Made by a program: the position numbers and the translations under genes. The notes beneath the pieces are model-generated. The model worked only from the letters and a program-made list of their open reading frames with translations, searched no databases and had not been told where the DNA came from. Shown one piece after another: positions 9,101 through 18,120 of a stretch of DNA of 64,000 bases; positions within the stretch are counted from its first letter, which is position 1, and each line of letters starts with the position of its first letter. The stretch covers positions 3,307 through 67,306 of the forward strand of contig CAWFCE010000001.1 in the NCBI GenBank assembly GCA_963814275.1, written 5' to 3'. This DNA comes from Candidatus Parcubacteria bacterium. GTDB taxonomy: Bacteria > Patescibacteriota > Patescibacteriia > Patescibacteriales > UBA12075.

Positions 9101-11943
9101 CTGGCGGCAACCACGGAGCGTTCGGCGGGGGCAGTAATAATCCGTCCTGGAGCACTGGAAAATACGGCGGGGCATTGAAGTTTGCCGGGAATGAATATAT
9201 TGATGCAGTCCATAGCCCCAAACTGGAGTTCGGCACCGGAAGTTTTACAGTATCGTATTGGATGAAACCATTCGCCTATCCGACTGATCAGGATTCATCT
9301 ACCGCTGGTTTGATCAATAAACAAGATGCCAGCCAGGCTACCGGCTGGCGGTTTGATTTTTTTAGTAATGGTGATTTTATATTCGCTAATGATGACGGAA
9401 CGACAGAACCACAGGAGTATATGGATGATGACGTGGTTTTGAACCAATGGTATTACGTTACCGGTGTTGTAGACCGAACCACTGACCATAATAAGTTGTA
9501 TATCAACGGGCAATTGCAAAGTGATATAGACGATATTTCCGGGTTGGGCAGTTTCGATTCGGCCGCTAGTAACGACCTATATATCGGTGCCGGTCGGTCG
9601 GATCATCGTTACTTCGACGGCCTGATCGATGATGTCCGCATCTACAATTACGCCCGTACCCAGAAGCAGATCCTGGAGGATATGAACGCCGGTGGACCGG
9701 CATTGAAGCAGCCGGTATTGCATTTGTCGTTCGACGAGGGCTACGGGTCGGTGGCCCATGATGATTCGATCTATGGGAACAACGGTACGCTGGTATCCGG
9801 CGGTTCAGGCGGTAATTCAACCGTAAGCGCGATGTGGGACCTTAACGGAAAATTTGGGAAGGCCATGGAGTTTGACGGGACGAATGATTATGTCTACACT
9901 ACGAATTCATTCGACTACCCGGCGGATTTCACAGTGTCAGTTTGGTTCAAGACGACAGTGGCGTCCGGCCACAAGCTGGTGGGCTTTGAGAACTTGCAGA
10001 CCGGAACCGGCAGTGGCAGTCATAGCGGACATATTTGGATGGGGACAGATGGCAAAATACGCTATGGGTGGTGGACTGGTTCAGCGTCTGTAAATTTGGC
10101 GTCCACTGCCACGCTGAACGACGGCCAGTGGCATCATGCAGTAGGCACTTATAGTATGGCTCCTCTGGGCAGCCTGTATATAGATGGGGTCTTACAGGAG
10201 TCGAGTAGCTTAGCAATGGGATCGTATTCATCTGTATATTGGAGGGTTGGCAGCTGGCGTCTGGCCACCAGTTATTGGACGAACGGCAGCGATGGTTATT
10301 TTAACGGTCTGATAGATGAGGTCAAGGTCTATAATTATACCCTGTCCGAGGACGAGATCAAGACGCTATATAACAGCGGCGCGAGCGCTGTCATGGGCGA
10401 TGATGCCAGCCGGGACAATGACGGCGCAGTCGTGACGGGCGCGTCCAAAGAATATTGCATACCTGGCGACACGGCGCAGTGTGACCCGCCGGTGCTCGAT
10501 CTCGATTTTGACGAAAAGACCGGTCAATACACCTATGATAAGAGCGGACATGGCAACAACGGCACCCTCGGTTCCGGCGCCACCGCCGATGCGGCCGACC
10601 CGGTTTGGAAATCGGCCCGCTTCTGCCATACTGGCGCCTGCTTATTGTTTGACGATAATGATGATTATGTCAGTATCAGTGACAATTCGAGTTTAACATT
10701 CGGTAACGGAACGGATGATCAGCCGTTTTCCGGATCAGCTTGGGCTTATATGTATGATGCCACAACTTTTAGCGTGCTTTATAAAGGGCAAAACGATATC
10801 GGCAACCTAGAATGGTGGTTTGGAACGGACGATGGTTCTGACAATCTAATGTGCAAACTTTATGATAATATAGGGAATCAGGGAATTTATCAACTAAGCG
10901 ATACTGCCTTAACCGATTATGAGAATACCTGGATAAATCTGGCATTTACCTATGACGGAACCGAATCGGAGGACGGCATCAAGCTTTATCTCAACGGTGT
11001 CCTGCTGGATTCTACCGGAACTGAACAGGGCACTTATGTAGCCATGCATGATGTCTCCAACGCGCCTTTGTCTATCGGCGCTTTTGCTCCGGAAGATCCG
11101 GTATATCGTGGTTTTTCTGATGGCCTGATTGACGGCGTGAAGATTTACAATTACGCCCGCACACCGGCGCAGATCGCCTGGGATTATAATAAGGGCGCGC
11201 CGATCGCGGAGTGGGATTTCGACGAATGCTCGGGCTCTACGATCCATGACGCCAGCGGCAACGGTAATAACGGCCAGCTTTATCTCGGTACCACCGGCGT
11301 CACCGCCACCGGTACTTGCGCCTCTTCTTCGGATAGTTTTTGGTATAATGGGAAGGATGGCAAGCGGAATGCGGCGGGGAGTTTTGATAATACTGATGAT
11401 ATTGTCCGGATACAGGATTCCGGAGCCGATAGTATATTGGATTTCGGCAGCGGCGATTCTATTACGATTGGTGCCTGGGTTAACATTTATGATTTTACGG
11501 ATGATTATCAAGTATTGGCCGGCAAGACATCAAGCGGCAATTATTATTTTGAAGTCAGTCCGGAATGCAGCAACGGAGATGCGAACTGCCGGATGTATTT
11601 CATATATAGGAATGCGGCCAACACGGCATGGCGCGAAGCTACATCGGATAATTTATTATTGCATCGAAATGAATGGCAGTATGTGGCAGTCAGTTTTACT
11701 TTCGGCGATCCTGATACGATCAAATTTTATTATAACGGAATGATGGATGAAGGGCATTGGATCGGCGCTATCGGCAGCGACGCCCCAAGAGAAACGAATG
11801 AGGACCTCGTTATGGGCCGTAATATAAGCGGTGGTGAAAATTTTAATGGTCTGATTGACGAAGTGAAGATCTGGGATTATGCTTTGACTCCGGAGCAGGT
11901 CAAAACTGAATACAATGGCGGCGCAGTTAAATTCGGAAACTAG
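6184..11943 (+). CDS. DUF2341 + multi-LamG surface protein, paralog 2 (body intact, N-terminal anchor frameshifted away)
   Basis: The ORF is 1919 aa. The same frame is open from 6043 and encodes ..AGWWNDSWSYRKAIV upstream of the first start codon (GTG 6184). It has the full set of linker classes and the tail KFGN* (TAG 11941-11943). Confidence 0.85.
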   Translation: MIDHSYVTGDLENFPVLISLTDANLGTHAQTDGDDIIFISSNGQKLSHEIESFATSTGVLVAWVKIPSLSSTNDTQIFMYYGNAGVGNQEDAANVWDGDYRAVWHLPDSSASTDDSTINGVNLTNTGASPTDSGRAAGAMEFDGSSGFLKFSNDGQIGTAGTMSFWYKETTNCIGYEAFFGIENDDNGFGLERNGSDTQLFGYINSSIAFYNTANLFDGNWKYIAFTWNDVANLRSLIVNGSSQDSDNSSFSMGNINVIHIGDYYNGGNQIKGIMDEIRISSTIRSQQWLQTEFNNQNSPESFLAVQSEEVGPSPIGYWSMDEGYGTTVHDESGQGNSGTLSGGTWQDESMCISGKCLFFDGTNDYINIPDADSLNVTETTISAWVKSATTTAGKYIIGKDPAYVYNGVIGTDADDGAIDGSGGIGYQWEPSGESGNLGYMGEYVANNRYYGYFRFVLDQDIPSGATIDSATIDIYGHERWLWEVASDALRIWGHDSADAPLVNNKNDYPGDAGGTTLTDASTRWPLSGGLNWNDAGWNTSPDFKAIIQELVDDNGGLTENHHIQLWIAKDVLQNTGEEVGYEDYAYTGSQNLAELTINFSTSGGGAGATDVPYALSTAGGGQFMTMSSSTIYSATSTTDLNDNRWHYVSGTYDGSRMKIYIDGNLETINSNYTGDLPTKAGALHIGADYQTTPDNFFHGFIDEVKVYPYARTADQIKQDYAAGLAGVKSNNGVAASFGSKSDSWMTDGLVGYWKFDEPSTASTYEDSSGNGNIGTANDNASTTAGKFGNSAVFDGANDGVYTSKSVIELNTVTTCAWVNPETPGQFSSGTIIANGSYYLYMNTDSWIITSDARTTETYFNSIAPVLNSWQFVCVVRQADGIASLYVNGVQSGASQFTGTPEVAMWDDAIGNRGDDLFCFDGKIDEVRIYNRALSADEVKKLYEWAPGPVAWWKFDEKSGTTAYDSAASTTYSGGNHGAFGGGSNNPSWSTGKYGGALKFAGNEYIDAVHSPKLEFGTGSFTVSYWMKPFAYPTDQDSSTAGLINKQDASQATGWRFDFFSNGDFIFANDDGTTEPQEYMDDDVVLNQWYYVTGVVDRTTDHNKLYINGQLQSDIDDISGLGSFDSAASNDLYIGAGRSDHRYFDGLIDDVRIYNYARTQKQILEDMNAGGPALKQPVLHLSFDEGYGSVAHDDSIYGNNGTLVSGGSGGNSTVSAMWDLNGKFGKAMEFDGTNDYVYTTNSFDYPADFTVSVWFKTTVASGHKLVGFENLQTGTGSGSHSGHIWMGTDGKIRYGWWTGSASVNLASTATLNDGQWHHAVGTYSMAPLGSLYIDGVLQESSSLAMGSYSSVYWRVGSWRLATSYWTNGSDGYFNGLIDEVKVYNYTLSEDEIKTLYNSGASAVMGDDASRDNDGAVVTGASKEYCIPGDTAQCDPPVLDLDFDEKTGQYTYDKSGHGNNGTLGSGATADAADPVWKSARFCHTGACLLFDDNDDYVSISDNSSLTFGNGTDDQPFSGSAWAYMYDATTFSVLYKGQNDIGNLEWWFGTDDGSDNLMCKLYDNIGNQGIYQLSDTALTDYENTWINLAFTYDGTESEDGIKLYLNGVLLDSTGTEQGTYVAMHDVSNAPLSIGAFAPEDPVYRGFSDGLIDGVKIYNYARTPAQIAWDYNKGAPIAEWDFDECSGSTIHDASGNGNNGQLYLGTTGVTATGTCASSSDSFWYNGKDGKRNAAGSFDNTDDIVRIQDSGADSILDFGSGDSITIGAWVNIYDFTDDYQVLAGKTSSGNYYFEVSPECSNGDANCRMYFIYRNAANTAWREATSDNLLLHRNEWQYVAVSFTFGDPDTIKFYYNGMMDEGHWIGAIGSDAPRETNEDLVMGRNISGGENFNGLIDEVKIWDYALTPEQVKTEYNGGAVKFGN

Positions 11944-12166
11944 AAAAGAATTTATAATTTGTAATTTATAATTTGTAAACAATTTGTAATATTAAATTTG
12001 TAAAAGGTTTATAAATTATAAATTGGATATTGTTTATAAATTACAAATTACGCCTTACAAATTTTTTCCTGGCCTGATCGACGACGTGAAGATCTGGAAT
12101 TACGCTCTGACCGCCGAGCAGGTTAAACAGGAATACAATGGGGGAGCGGTTAGGTTCGGAGAATAG
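11848..12166 (+). repeat. 223-bp unit x1.4: gene tail (96 nt), hairpin spacer (127 nt), then an orphan tail copy at 12071-12166
   Basis: Positions 12071-12166 encode GLIDDVKIWNYALTAEQVKQEYNGGAVRFGE* with no upstream ORF. The spacing 11848 to 12071 is 223 bp, the same as in the 19146-19687 array. Confidence 0.85.
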
Positions 12167-12259
12167 TTGAAAAAGGATACAAGGATACAAGATACAAGGA
12201 TACAAACAATATTCAAATTTCAAATCACAAATATCAAACATTTAACAATATAATTAATC

Positions 12260-12652
12260 ATGGAAAACAAGGAGGAAAATAAAATATATGATTTGGAAGA
12301 AAGGACAACCATTTTTGCCCAGCGAGTAATCAGATTATGCCGAGCCTTACCAAAAGATTCGGTTAATAACCGGTTATCGGGACAAGCAGTCGGCTCATCA
12401 GGTTCGGTCGGTGCCAATTACCGGGAAGCCAATGATGCTCTGGGTAAAAAAGATTTTCTCCATCGTTTGCGGATAGCCAGGAAAGAAGCCAAGGAAACGA
12501 TCCATTGGCTAAAACTAATCGAAACCGCCAATCCGGAATTCAGTCCGAGAATGCAGGATTTGCATAAAGAAGCCAACGAAATAAAAAATATACTATCAGC
12601 GATAATCAATAAAACGGAGAAGAAAAATGAAAAAAAAATGAATTATGAATAA
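12260..12652 (+). CDS. Four-helix-bundle protein (23S rRNA intervening-sequence protein family, PF05635/TIGR02436; Avd-like fold)
   Basis: The ORF is 130 aa. The family pattern is YDLEERTxxFAxRVIRLCRALPK..NRLSGQAVGSSGSVGANYREAN..GKKDFLHRLRIARKEAKETIHWLKLI. Confidence 0.85.
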   Translation: MENKEENKIYDLEERTTIFAQRVIRLCRALPKDSVNNRLSGQAVGSSGSVGANYREANDALGKKDFLHRLRIARKEAKETIHWLKLIETANPEFSPRMQDLHKEANEIKNILSAIINKTEKKNEKKMNYE

Positions 12653-12714
12653 GGATGCAAAAAATATGTGTAAAGAAACAAGGATACAAGATACAAGAAA
12701 TATGAAAAAGAAAC

Positions 12715-12819
12715 AAGGATACAAGATACAAACAAATTACAAATTTCAAATCACAAATATCCAAACGGTTTGGAAAATTGGGATTTGAAATTTGTAATTT
12801 GTTTGTATCTTGTATCCTT
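12715..12819. repeat. Perfect 38-bp-stem hairpin (GGATACAAG word family) just upstream of paralog 3
   Basis: Positions 12715-12752 are the exact reverse complement of 12782-12819. The loop contains the mini-palindrome CCAAACGGTTTGG. A third related arm at 12173-12235 lies upstream of the four-helix-bundle gene. Confidence 0.9.
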
Positions 12820-12859
12820 GTAACTTGTATCCTTAAAACCGTTATACAAAACGATAAAC

Positions 12860-15280
12860 ATGAATATACTCAAATCAAAACATTTCAAAACCATCCTGAT
12901 CTCGATCACCGCCCTCGCGCTGATAACCGCCGGGATTTTGTATTGGACAAGAAAAGACGCGACTCCCGCGGAGGCAGGTTGGTGGAACGATTCCTGGTCC
13001 TACCGCAAAGCGATCGTGATCAATCACGGCTACGTCACAGGGGATCTGGAGAATTTCCCGGTGCTTATTTCCCTGACTGATGCCAGTTTAGGAACCCACG
13101 CGCAGGCGGACGGGGATGATATTATTTTTATTTCTCAAAATGGCCAGAAATTATCGCACGAGATCGAAGCGTTTGATAACACAACGGGCAAACTGGCAGC
13201 CTGGGTGAAGGTGCCAAGCTTAAGCAGCGCGGATGATACGCAGATATTTATGTATTACGGCAATGCGGGCGTCGGGAATCAGGAGGATGCGGCGAATGTC
13301 TGGAACGAGAGCTATAACGGCGTCTATCATCTTGCCGGCGGGAGCGGGGCCGACTCGACCGGCTATCACCGCGACGGGACCGCCTCGATCGGCGCTTCCT
13401 CGACCGCCTATATCGGCGGCAGCGGCGTCTTTGCCACATTCGATCCGGGTGATCTCGACACCACCTGGGGCGGCGGCGGATACGCGGATTACGATAGCGG
13501 CGGCAACGATGCCGCATATGACGCCGTACAGGCGGCCGACGGGTCGGTATTCGTCGCCGGCTACTATGTGGGGAGCGGCGGGATCGACTGGATGATCCGG
13601 AAATACGCGCCGGGCGGCGCGATCGATACCGCCTGGGGGGACAACGGGATGATCATATATTCGAGCAGCGGCAGCCATAATGATTACGCCCAGGCAATCG
13701 CCCTCGATAGCGGCGGTTCGATCTATGTCGGCGGCTATTACTACAATATCGCCAATTCCGACCCGGACTGGATGGTCCGCAAATACGACGCCGACGGCAA
13801 GCTCTGCAACGGCTCGGGCACGAGCTGCACCTGGGGGCCGGGCGATGCCGGCTATGTTACCTACGAAAACGATACAACAACGCCATTACCCGACGAGATT
13901 ACCCGGCTTTACGCGGATGCGGACGGAAAATTATACGTCGGCGGTTTCTATTACCACCAAAGCTACAGCGACAACGACTGGCTCATCATAAAATACACGG
14001 CCACCGGCACCCCGGACTGGACCTGGGGCGGGGGCGACGGGATGATCGATTACCAGAACAATTACGGCGATAACAAAGTGCAGGGTATGGCCGTATCGAC
14101 CTCGACCGGGGAGCTTTATGCGGCCGGACCGGACAATGACGAATGGGGCGATCCGTTCTGGACAATGCGTAAATATACGGCGGCCGGCGTGCCGGACACG
14201 ACCTGGGGTACAAACGGGATCGTTACATATTATGCCGCGGCCTATAGCCAAGCCGTGGCAACGGCGCTTGCTTTATCCGCAACGGGCGAGATCTATGTGA
14301 CCGGCACTTACGATACGAGTAATGGCTGGATGATGCGCAAGTACGATGCCGACGGCAAGCTCTGCAACGGCTCGGGCACGAGCTGCTCCTGGGCGGGCGG
14401 CAACGGTTATGTAACATTTGCCGACAACTCGTCCAATTCTATGGACTTGGCGCTTAATTCGTCAGACGAGCTGTATGCCGCCGGCTCGGTCCGCAACGCC
14501 AGCGACGACTGGATGATCCGGAAATACGACTCAAGCGGCGTACTCGACGCCTCCTGGGGCAGCGGCGGCATCGTCGAGGAAGACCTGACTGCCGGCACCG
14601 ACAAGATCCAGAGTATTTATCTGGCGGCGGACGGAACGGTATTTGCCGCCGGCGTTTATAATACCTCGGACTGGATGGTGCGCAAATATTCTCCCGGCGG
14701 CGGCGGTTCGGTCGCGATCGGCCCGGCCGGCAGTATCAAAAGCGCGTCTTTCTGGATCAAGGCCGGTTCGACCAGCGAGCAGATCATCGATATAAACGGT
14801 AATGCCTATATCCAGGTAGCCGGCGGCACGCTCTCCGCTCCGGGCTGGTCTTCGCCGACGATCTATGTCGACGGCACGGCCGGCACGGCGCTCGACACCG
14901 GCTGGCATCTGGTCACTGTTACCTCGGCCACGGCCCTGGACGCCACCTCGACGGATCTGGGCGTCACTCCCGGCGGCTATTACAACGGCCTCTTGGACGA
15001 AACCAGGTTCAGTTCGACCGAATTGAGCGCCGCCTGGATCGCGACCGAATACAATACTGAGAACGCGCCGGAAACATCCCTCTCGGTCCAAGCCGAGGAG
15101 ACCGGGCCGGGGCCGGTGGGGTATTGGTCGTTCGACGACCCCTCGGCAGGCTCGGAGCAGGAGGGCGGCGTTCACGATGAGAGCGGCCAGGGTAATCATG
15201 GAACGAATTACGGGGCAGTGCAAGCAGGACGAGAGCATGTGCGTCTCCAGGAAGTGCCTCAGACTCGACGGTACGAATGA
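12860..15280 (+). CDS. Paralog 3 fragment A: anchor, DUF2341, 7-blade beta-propeller-like repeats, LamG
   Basis: The ORF is 806 aa. Seven repeats of ..DxxWGxxG..(Y/V)..DG..Y(V/A)(A/G)G....DWM(I/V)RKY..xG.. span ~13451-14700. Confidence 0.7.
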   Translation: MNILKSKHFKTILISITALALITAGILYWTRKDATPAEAGWWNDSWSYRKAIVINHGYVTGDLENFPVLISLTDASLGTHAQADGDDIIFISQNGQKLSHEIEAFDNTTGKLAAWVKVPSLSSADDTQIFMYYGNAGVGNQEDAANVWNESYNGVYHLAGGSGADSTGYHRDGTASIGASSTAYIGGSGVFATFDPGDLDTTWGGGGYADYDSGGNDAAYDAVQAADGSVFVAGYYVGSGGIDWMIRKYAPGGAIDTAWGDNGMIIYSSSGSHNDYAQAIALDSGGSIYVGGYYYNIANSDPDWMVRKYDADGKLCNGSGTSCTWGPGDAGYVTYENDTTTPLPDEITRLYADADGKLYVGGFYYHQSYSDNDWLIIKYTATGTPDWTWGGGDGMIDYQNNYGDNKVQGMAVSTSTGELYAAGPDNDEWGDPFWTMRKYTAAGVPDTTWGTNGIVTYYAAAYSQAVATALALSATGEIYVTGTYDTSNGWMMRKYDADGKLCNGSGTSCSWAGGNGYVTFADNSSNSMDLALNSSDELYAAGSVRNASDDWMIRKYDSSGVLDASWGSGGIVEEDLTAGTDKIQSIYLAADGTVFAAGVYNTSDWMVRKYSPGGGGSVAIGPAGSIKSASFWIKAGSTSEQIIDINGNAYIQVAGGTLSAPGWSSPTIYVDGTAGTALDTGWHLVTVTSATALDATSTDLGVTPGGYYNGLLDETRFSSTELSAAWIATEYNTENAPETSLSVQAEETGPGPVGYWSFDDPSAGSEQEGGVHDESGQGNHGTNYGAVQAGREHVRLQEVPQTRRYE

Positions 15281-16583
15281 TTATGTGGATACGGGCAGCA
15301 CCGTCCTCAACCGGGACGAACTGACGATCTCGGCCTGGTTCCGGACGCTCGATTTCGAATACGGCACCCATATTATCTGGGAAGGCGATTCCGCGGGGAA
15401 TGGCTGGGGCGGTGAAGAGGAAATACATCTTTCGATCGGCAATAATTCGATCAATTTCTACTACGGGGACGGGGATAACAGGTATGGCATGGGAGATTAC
15501 CTGGAAATAAATTTCGAAATAGCATCTTCATCGGCGTGGCACCATGCAGCGGCCGTTTTGGATCCGGGTGGCACCGGTATATCTCTATATCTGGACGGGC
15601 ATCTGGTCGGAACCGATAGCTATAGTACTTCCATGTCGCGCGCGAGCTGGGACACGGACGCCCTGATCGGCCGTCCCGGCGCGAATGAGCGGTATTTCCA
15701 GGGCTTTATCGACGAGGTCAAAATCTATCCCTACGCCCGCACGGCGGACCAGATCCGGCAGGACTACGCCGCCGGGTTGGCCGGGGTCAAGTCCAATTCC
15801 GGCGTGGCCGCCAGCTTCGGCTCGCAGTCCGACTCCTGGATGAGCGACGGGCTGGTCGGGTACTGGAAATTCGACGAGCCCTCGACCGCTTCGACCTACG
15901 AGGACTCCTCGGGCAACGGCAACACCGGCACGACTTACGGTAATGCCTCGACTACGGCCGGCCGATTCGGCAGCGCGGGCGTTTTCGACGGCAGCGGCGA
16001 CTATGTGGACGTCGGAAGCTCAAGCGCCCTGCAGCTGACCGGCAGCGCCACCTGGGCCGCCTGGGTCAACGCGGCCGCTTTGGTCTCGGGCCAGAAATAT
16101 ACGATCGTGGGCAAGGACGGCAGTTCAGCCGACACCGGCTGGCAGATGCGGCGCGGCGATGCCGATGCTTTCAGGATGAGGATCGCCGTAGTGGCCGATT
16201 CGGATATTGGCCGCGACTCAGCCACTATTCCCGTGACCGGCGCCTGGTACCATGTGGTTGGCGTTTATGACGCTGCCGCGCAAACACTCGATATCTATGT
16301 CAATGGCGTGCTTGATAACGGCGCCCTGGATGGCCCCGTACCGGCGTCGCAAAGGAATTCGGGCCAAAACGTCAATATCGGGAAAAAATCCTCGGCTGAT
16401 AATTATTACTGGAACGGCCAAATCGACGAAGTGCGCATCTACAACCGCGCCCTGTCCGCGGACGAGGTCAGGAAATTATACGAATGGGCGCCGGGGCCGG
16501 TGGCGTGGTGGAAGTTCGATGAGCTAGCGGCGCAGACTGTCTACGACAGCGTGCGCAAGTTCGACTTACTCCGGGGGAAATAA
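15177..16583 (+). CDS. Paralog 3 fragment B: two LamG modules with linker classes b and c
   Basis: The ORF is 468 aa and contains YPYARTADQIRQDYAAGLAGVKSNSG and IYNRALSADEVRKLYEWAPGPVAWWKFDE. Confidence 0.65.
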   Translation: MRAARVIMERITGQCKQDESMCVSRKCLRLDGTNDYVDTGSTVLNRDELTISAWFRTLDFEYGTHIIWEGDSAGNGWGGEEEIHLSIGNNSINFYYGDGDNRYGMGDYLEINFEIASSSAWHHAAAVLDPGGTGISLYLDGHLVGTDSYSTSMSRASWDTDALIGRPGANERYFQGFIDEVKIYPYARTADQIRQDYAAGLAGVKSNSGVAASFGSQSDSWMSDGLVGYWKFDEPSTASTYEDSSGNGNTGTTYGNASTTAGRFGSAGVFDGSGDYVDVGSSSALQLTGSATWAAWVNAAALVSGQKYTIVGKDGSSADTGWQMRRGDADAFRMRIAVVADSDIGRDSATIPVTGAWYHVVGVYDAAAQTLDIYVNGVLDNGALDGPVPASQRNSGQNVNIGKKSSADNYYWNGQIDEVRIYNRALSADEVRKLYEWAPGPVAWWKFDELAAQTVYDSVRKFDLLRGK

Positions 16584-17019
16584 CGCCAGTATTGGCGGCG
16601 GCAGCGCCAATCTGCCCGTTTGGACACAGGGGAAATACGGCGGAGCGCTTAAATTCGATGGCGGATAATGATTACATCGGCTCCGGTAAAGATATTCTAA
16701 AGTTGTCGTCCGGCCAGGGGACGATAACGTTCTGGATGAAATATACTGCCTGGCCAGTACTGTAGACGATCTTATGCATTTTTATACAATGCTTATAATG
16801 ATCATCTGGATCTATATTTCAACGGTACCAGCCACAATGTTAACTTAAAGGCTGAAGATGCCGGCGCCACGGTTTTGGAATATGGATATGATCTGGATAA
16901 TCTGGAGGGCGGTTTTCAGGAGAAATGGTATTATGTGACGTTTCAGGATCGGCAACAGCCCGAAGCTGTATATCGACGGGATAGAAAGAACGCTGAGCGG
17001 AACTAACGGCGGTTACTGG

Positions 17020-18120
17020 ATGAACCATTTTAATGTCAATAATATAACTATCGGAAAAAGCGTTTGGGGAGCATTCGGCGGCCTGATCGACGACGTGCGT
17101 GTCTACAACTACGCCCGCACCCAGAAGCAGATTTTGGAGGATATGGGCGAGGGCCCGGCCCTGAACCAGCCGGTTCTCCATCTCACCTTCGACGAGGGCT
17201 ATGGCGATACGGCTTATGATTCTTCGGTTTTTCATAATAACGGCACCCTGTATCCGGTCGGGGGCGCCGGGTCGAACGATACGGTCAGTGATATGTGGGA
17301 CAAGAACGGCAAATTCGGGGGAGCGATGGAGTTCGACGGGGTGAATGATTATGTAGACATAAACGATAATGCCTCTCTTGATACATTAACTGCCAATTTT
17401 ACAATATCAGCTTGGGTTGCGCCGGATACTTTTGGGGCGTGGCGCTTTATTTATCAATCAGGAACGCAGACTAATTATTGGGCTGTGGGACTTGAAGATA
17501 CGGGCGACGGACATATCGATTTTTCTGAACATGGAATTGCAGATTATATCTCAACTTCGGCTATAAGCGATTCCAATTGGCATCATATTGTAGTTGTAAA
17601 AGATGGGAATAGTGGAGTTAATATCAGGTTTTACCTTGATGGAACAGCAGATGGTACAGCATCAGTAGGAACAGTCGCGACTCCATCGGGAGCAAAAAGA
17701 ATAGGTCGTGAATCTAATGGGGCCTCCCCGTTTAACGGCCTGATCGATGAGGTTTATGTTTACAACTACGCCCTGTCCGCGGACGAGATAAACACCCTCT
17801 ATAATCAAGGCCAGGCGGCGGTCATGGGCGATGACGCCAGCCGGGATAACGACGGCACGGCCGTCACCGGCAAGTCCAAGGAGTATTGCATTCCCGGCGA
17901 CACCGCGCAATGCGATCCGCCGGTCGGGGAATGGGATTTTGACGAAGGCACGGGGACGACCACCCATGACAAATCCGGGAATGGGAACGACGGGCAGTTT
18001 GTAACTGCCGCCACCAGTCCCGCCTGGAGCGCTACGGCAAACACAACTATGGTTTGCAGTTTGACGGGAATGATGATTACATTAGCACCGGTAATGATCC
18101 CGTACAAACCAATACTATAA
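17020..18120 (+). CDS. Paralog 3 fragment C: LamG modules with linker classes d and e
   Basis: The ORF is 366 aa and contains YNYARTQKQILEDM and YNYALSADEINTLYNQG..CIPGDTAQCDPPVGEWDFDE. Confidence 0.65.
   Translation: MNHFNVNNITIGKSVWGAFGGLIDDVRVYNYARTQKQILEDMGEGPALNQPVLHLTFDEGYGDTAYDSSVFHNNGTLYPVGGAGSNDTVSDMWDKNGKFGGAMEFDGVNDYVDINDNASLDTLTANFTISAWVAPDTFGAWRFIYQSGTQTNYWAVGLEDTGDGHIDFSEHGIADYISTSAISDSNWHHIVVVKDGNSGVNIRFYLDGTADGTASVGTVATPSGAKRIGRESNGASPFNGLIDEVYVYNYALSADEINTLYNQGQAAVMGDDASRDNDGTAVTGKSKEYCIPGDTAQCDPPVGEWDFDEGTGTTTHDKSGNGNDGQFVTAATSPAWSATANTTMVCSLTGMMITLAPVMIPYKPIL

Noticed and set aside
12173-12836. A genuine 23S rRNA intervening sequence or an rRNA operon fragment.
   Set aside because: The flanking sequence is the 3' tail of a LamG gene and the 5' end of another. 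No rRNA-like sequence is present anywhere in the window.
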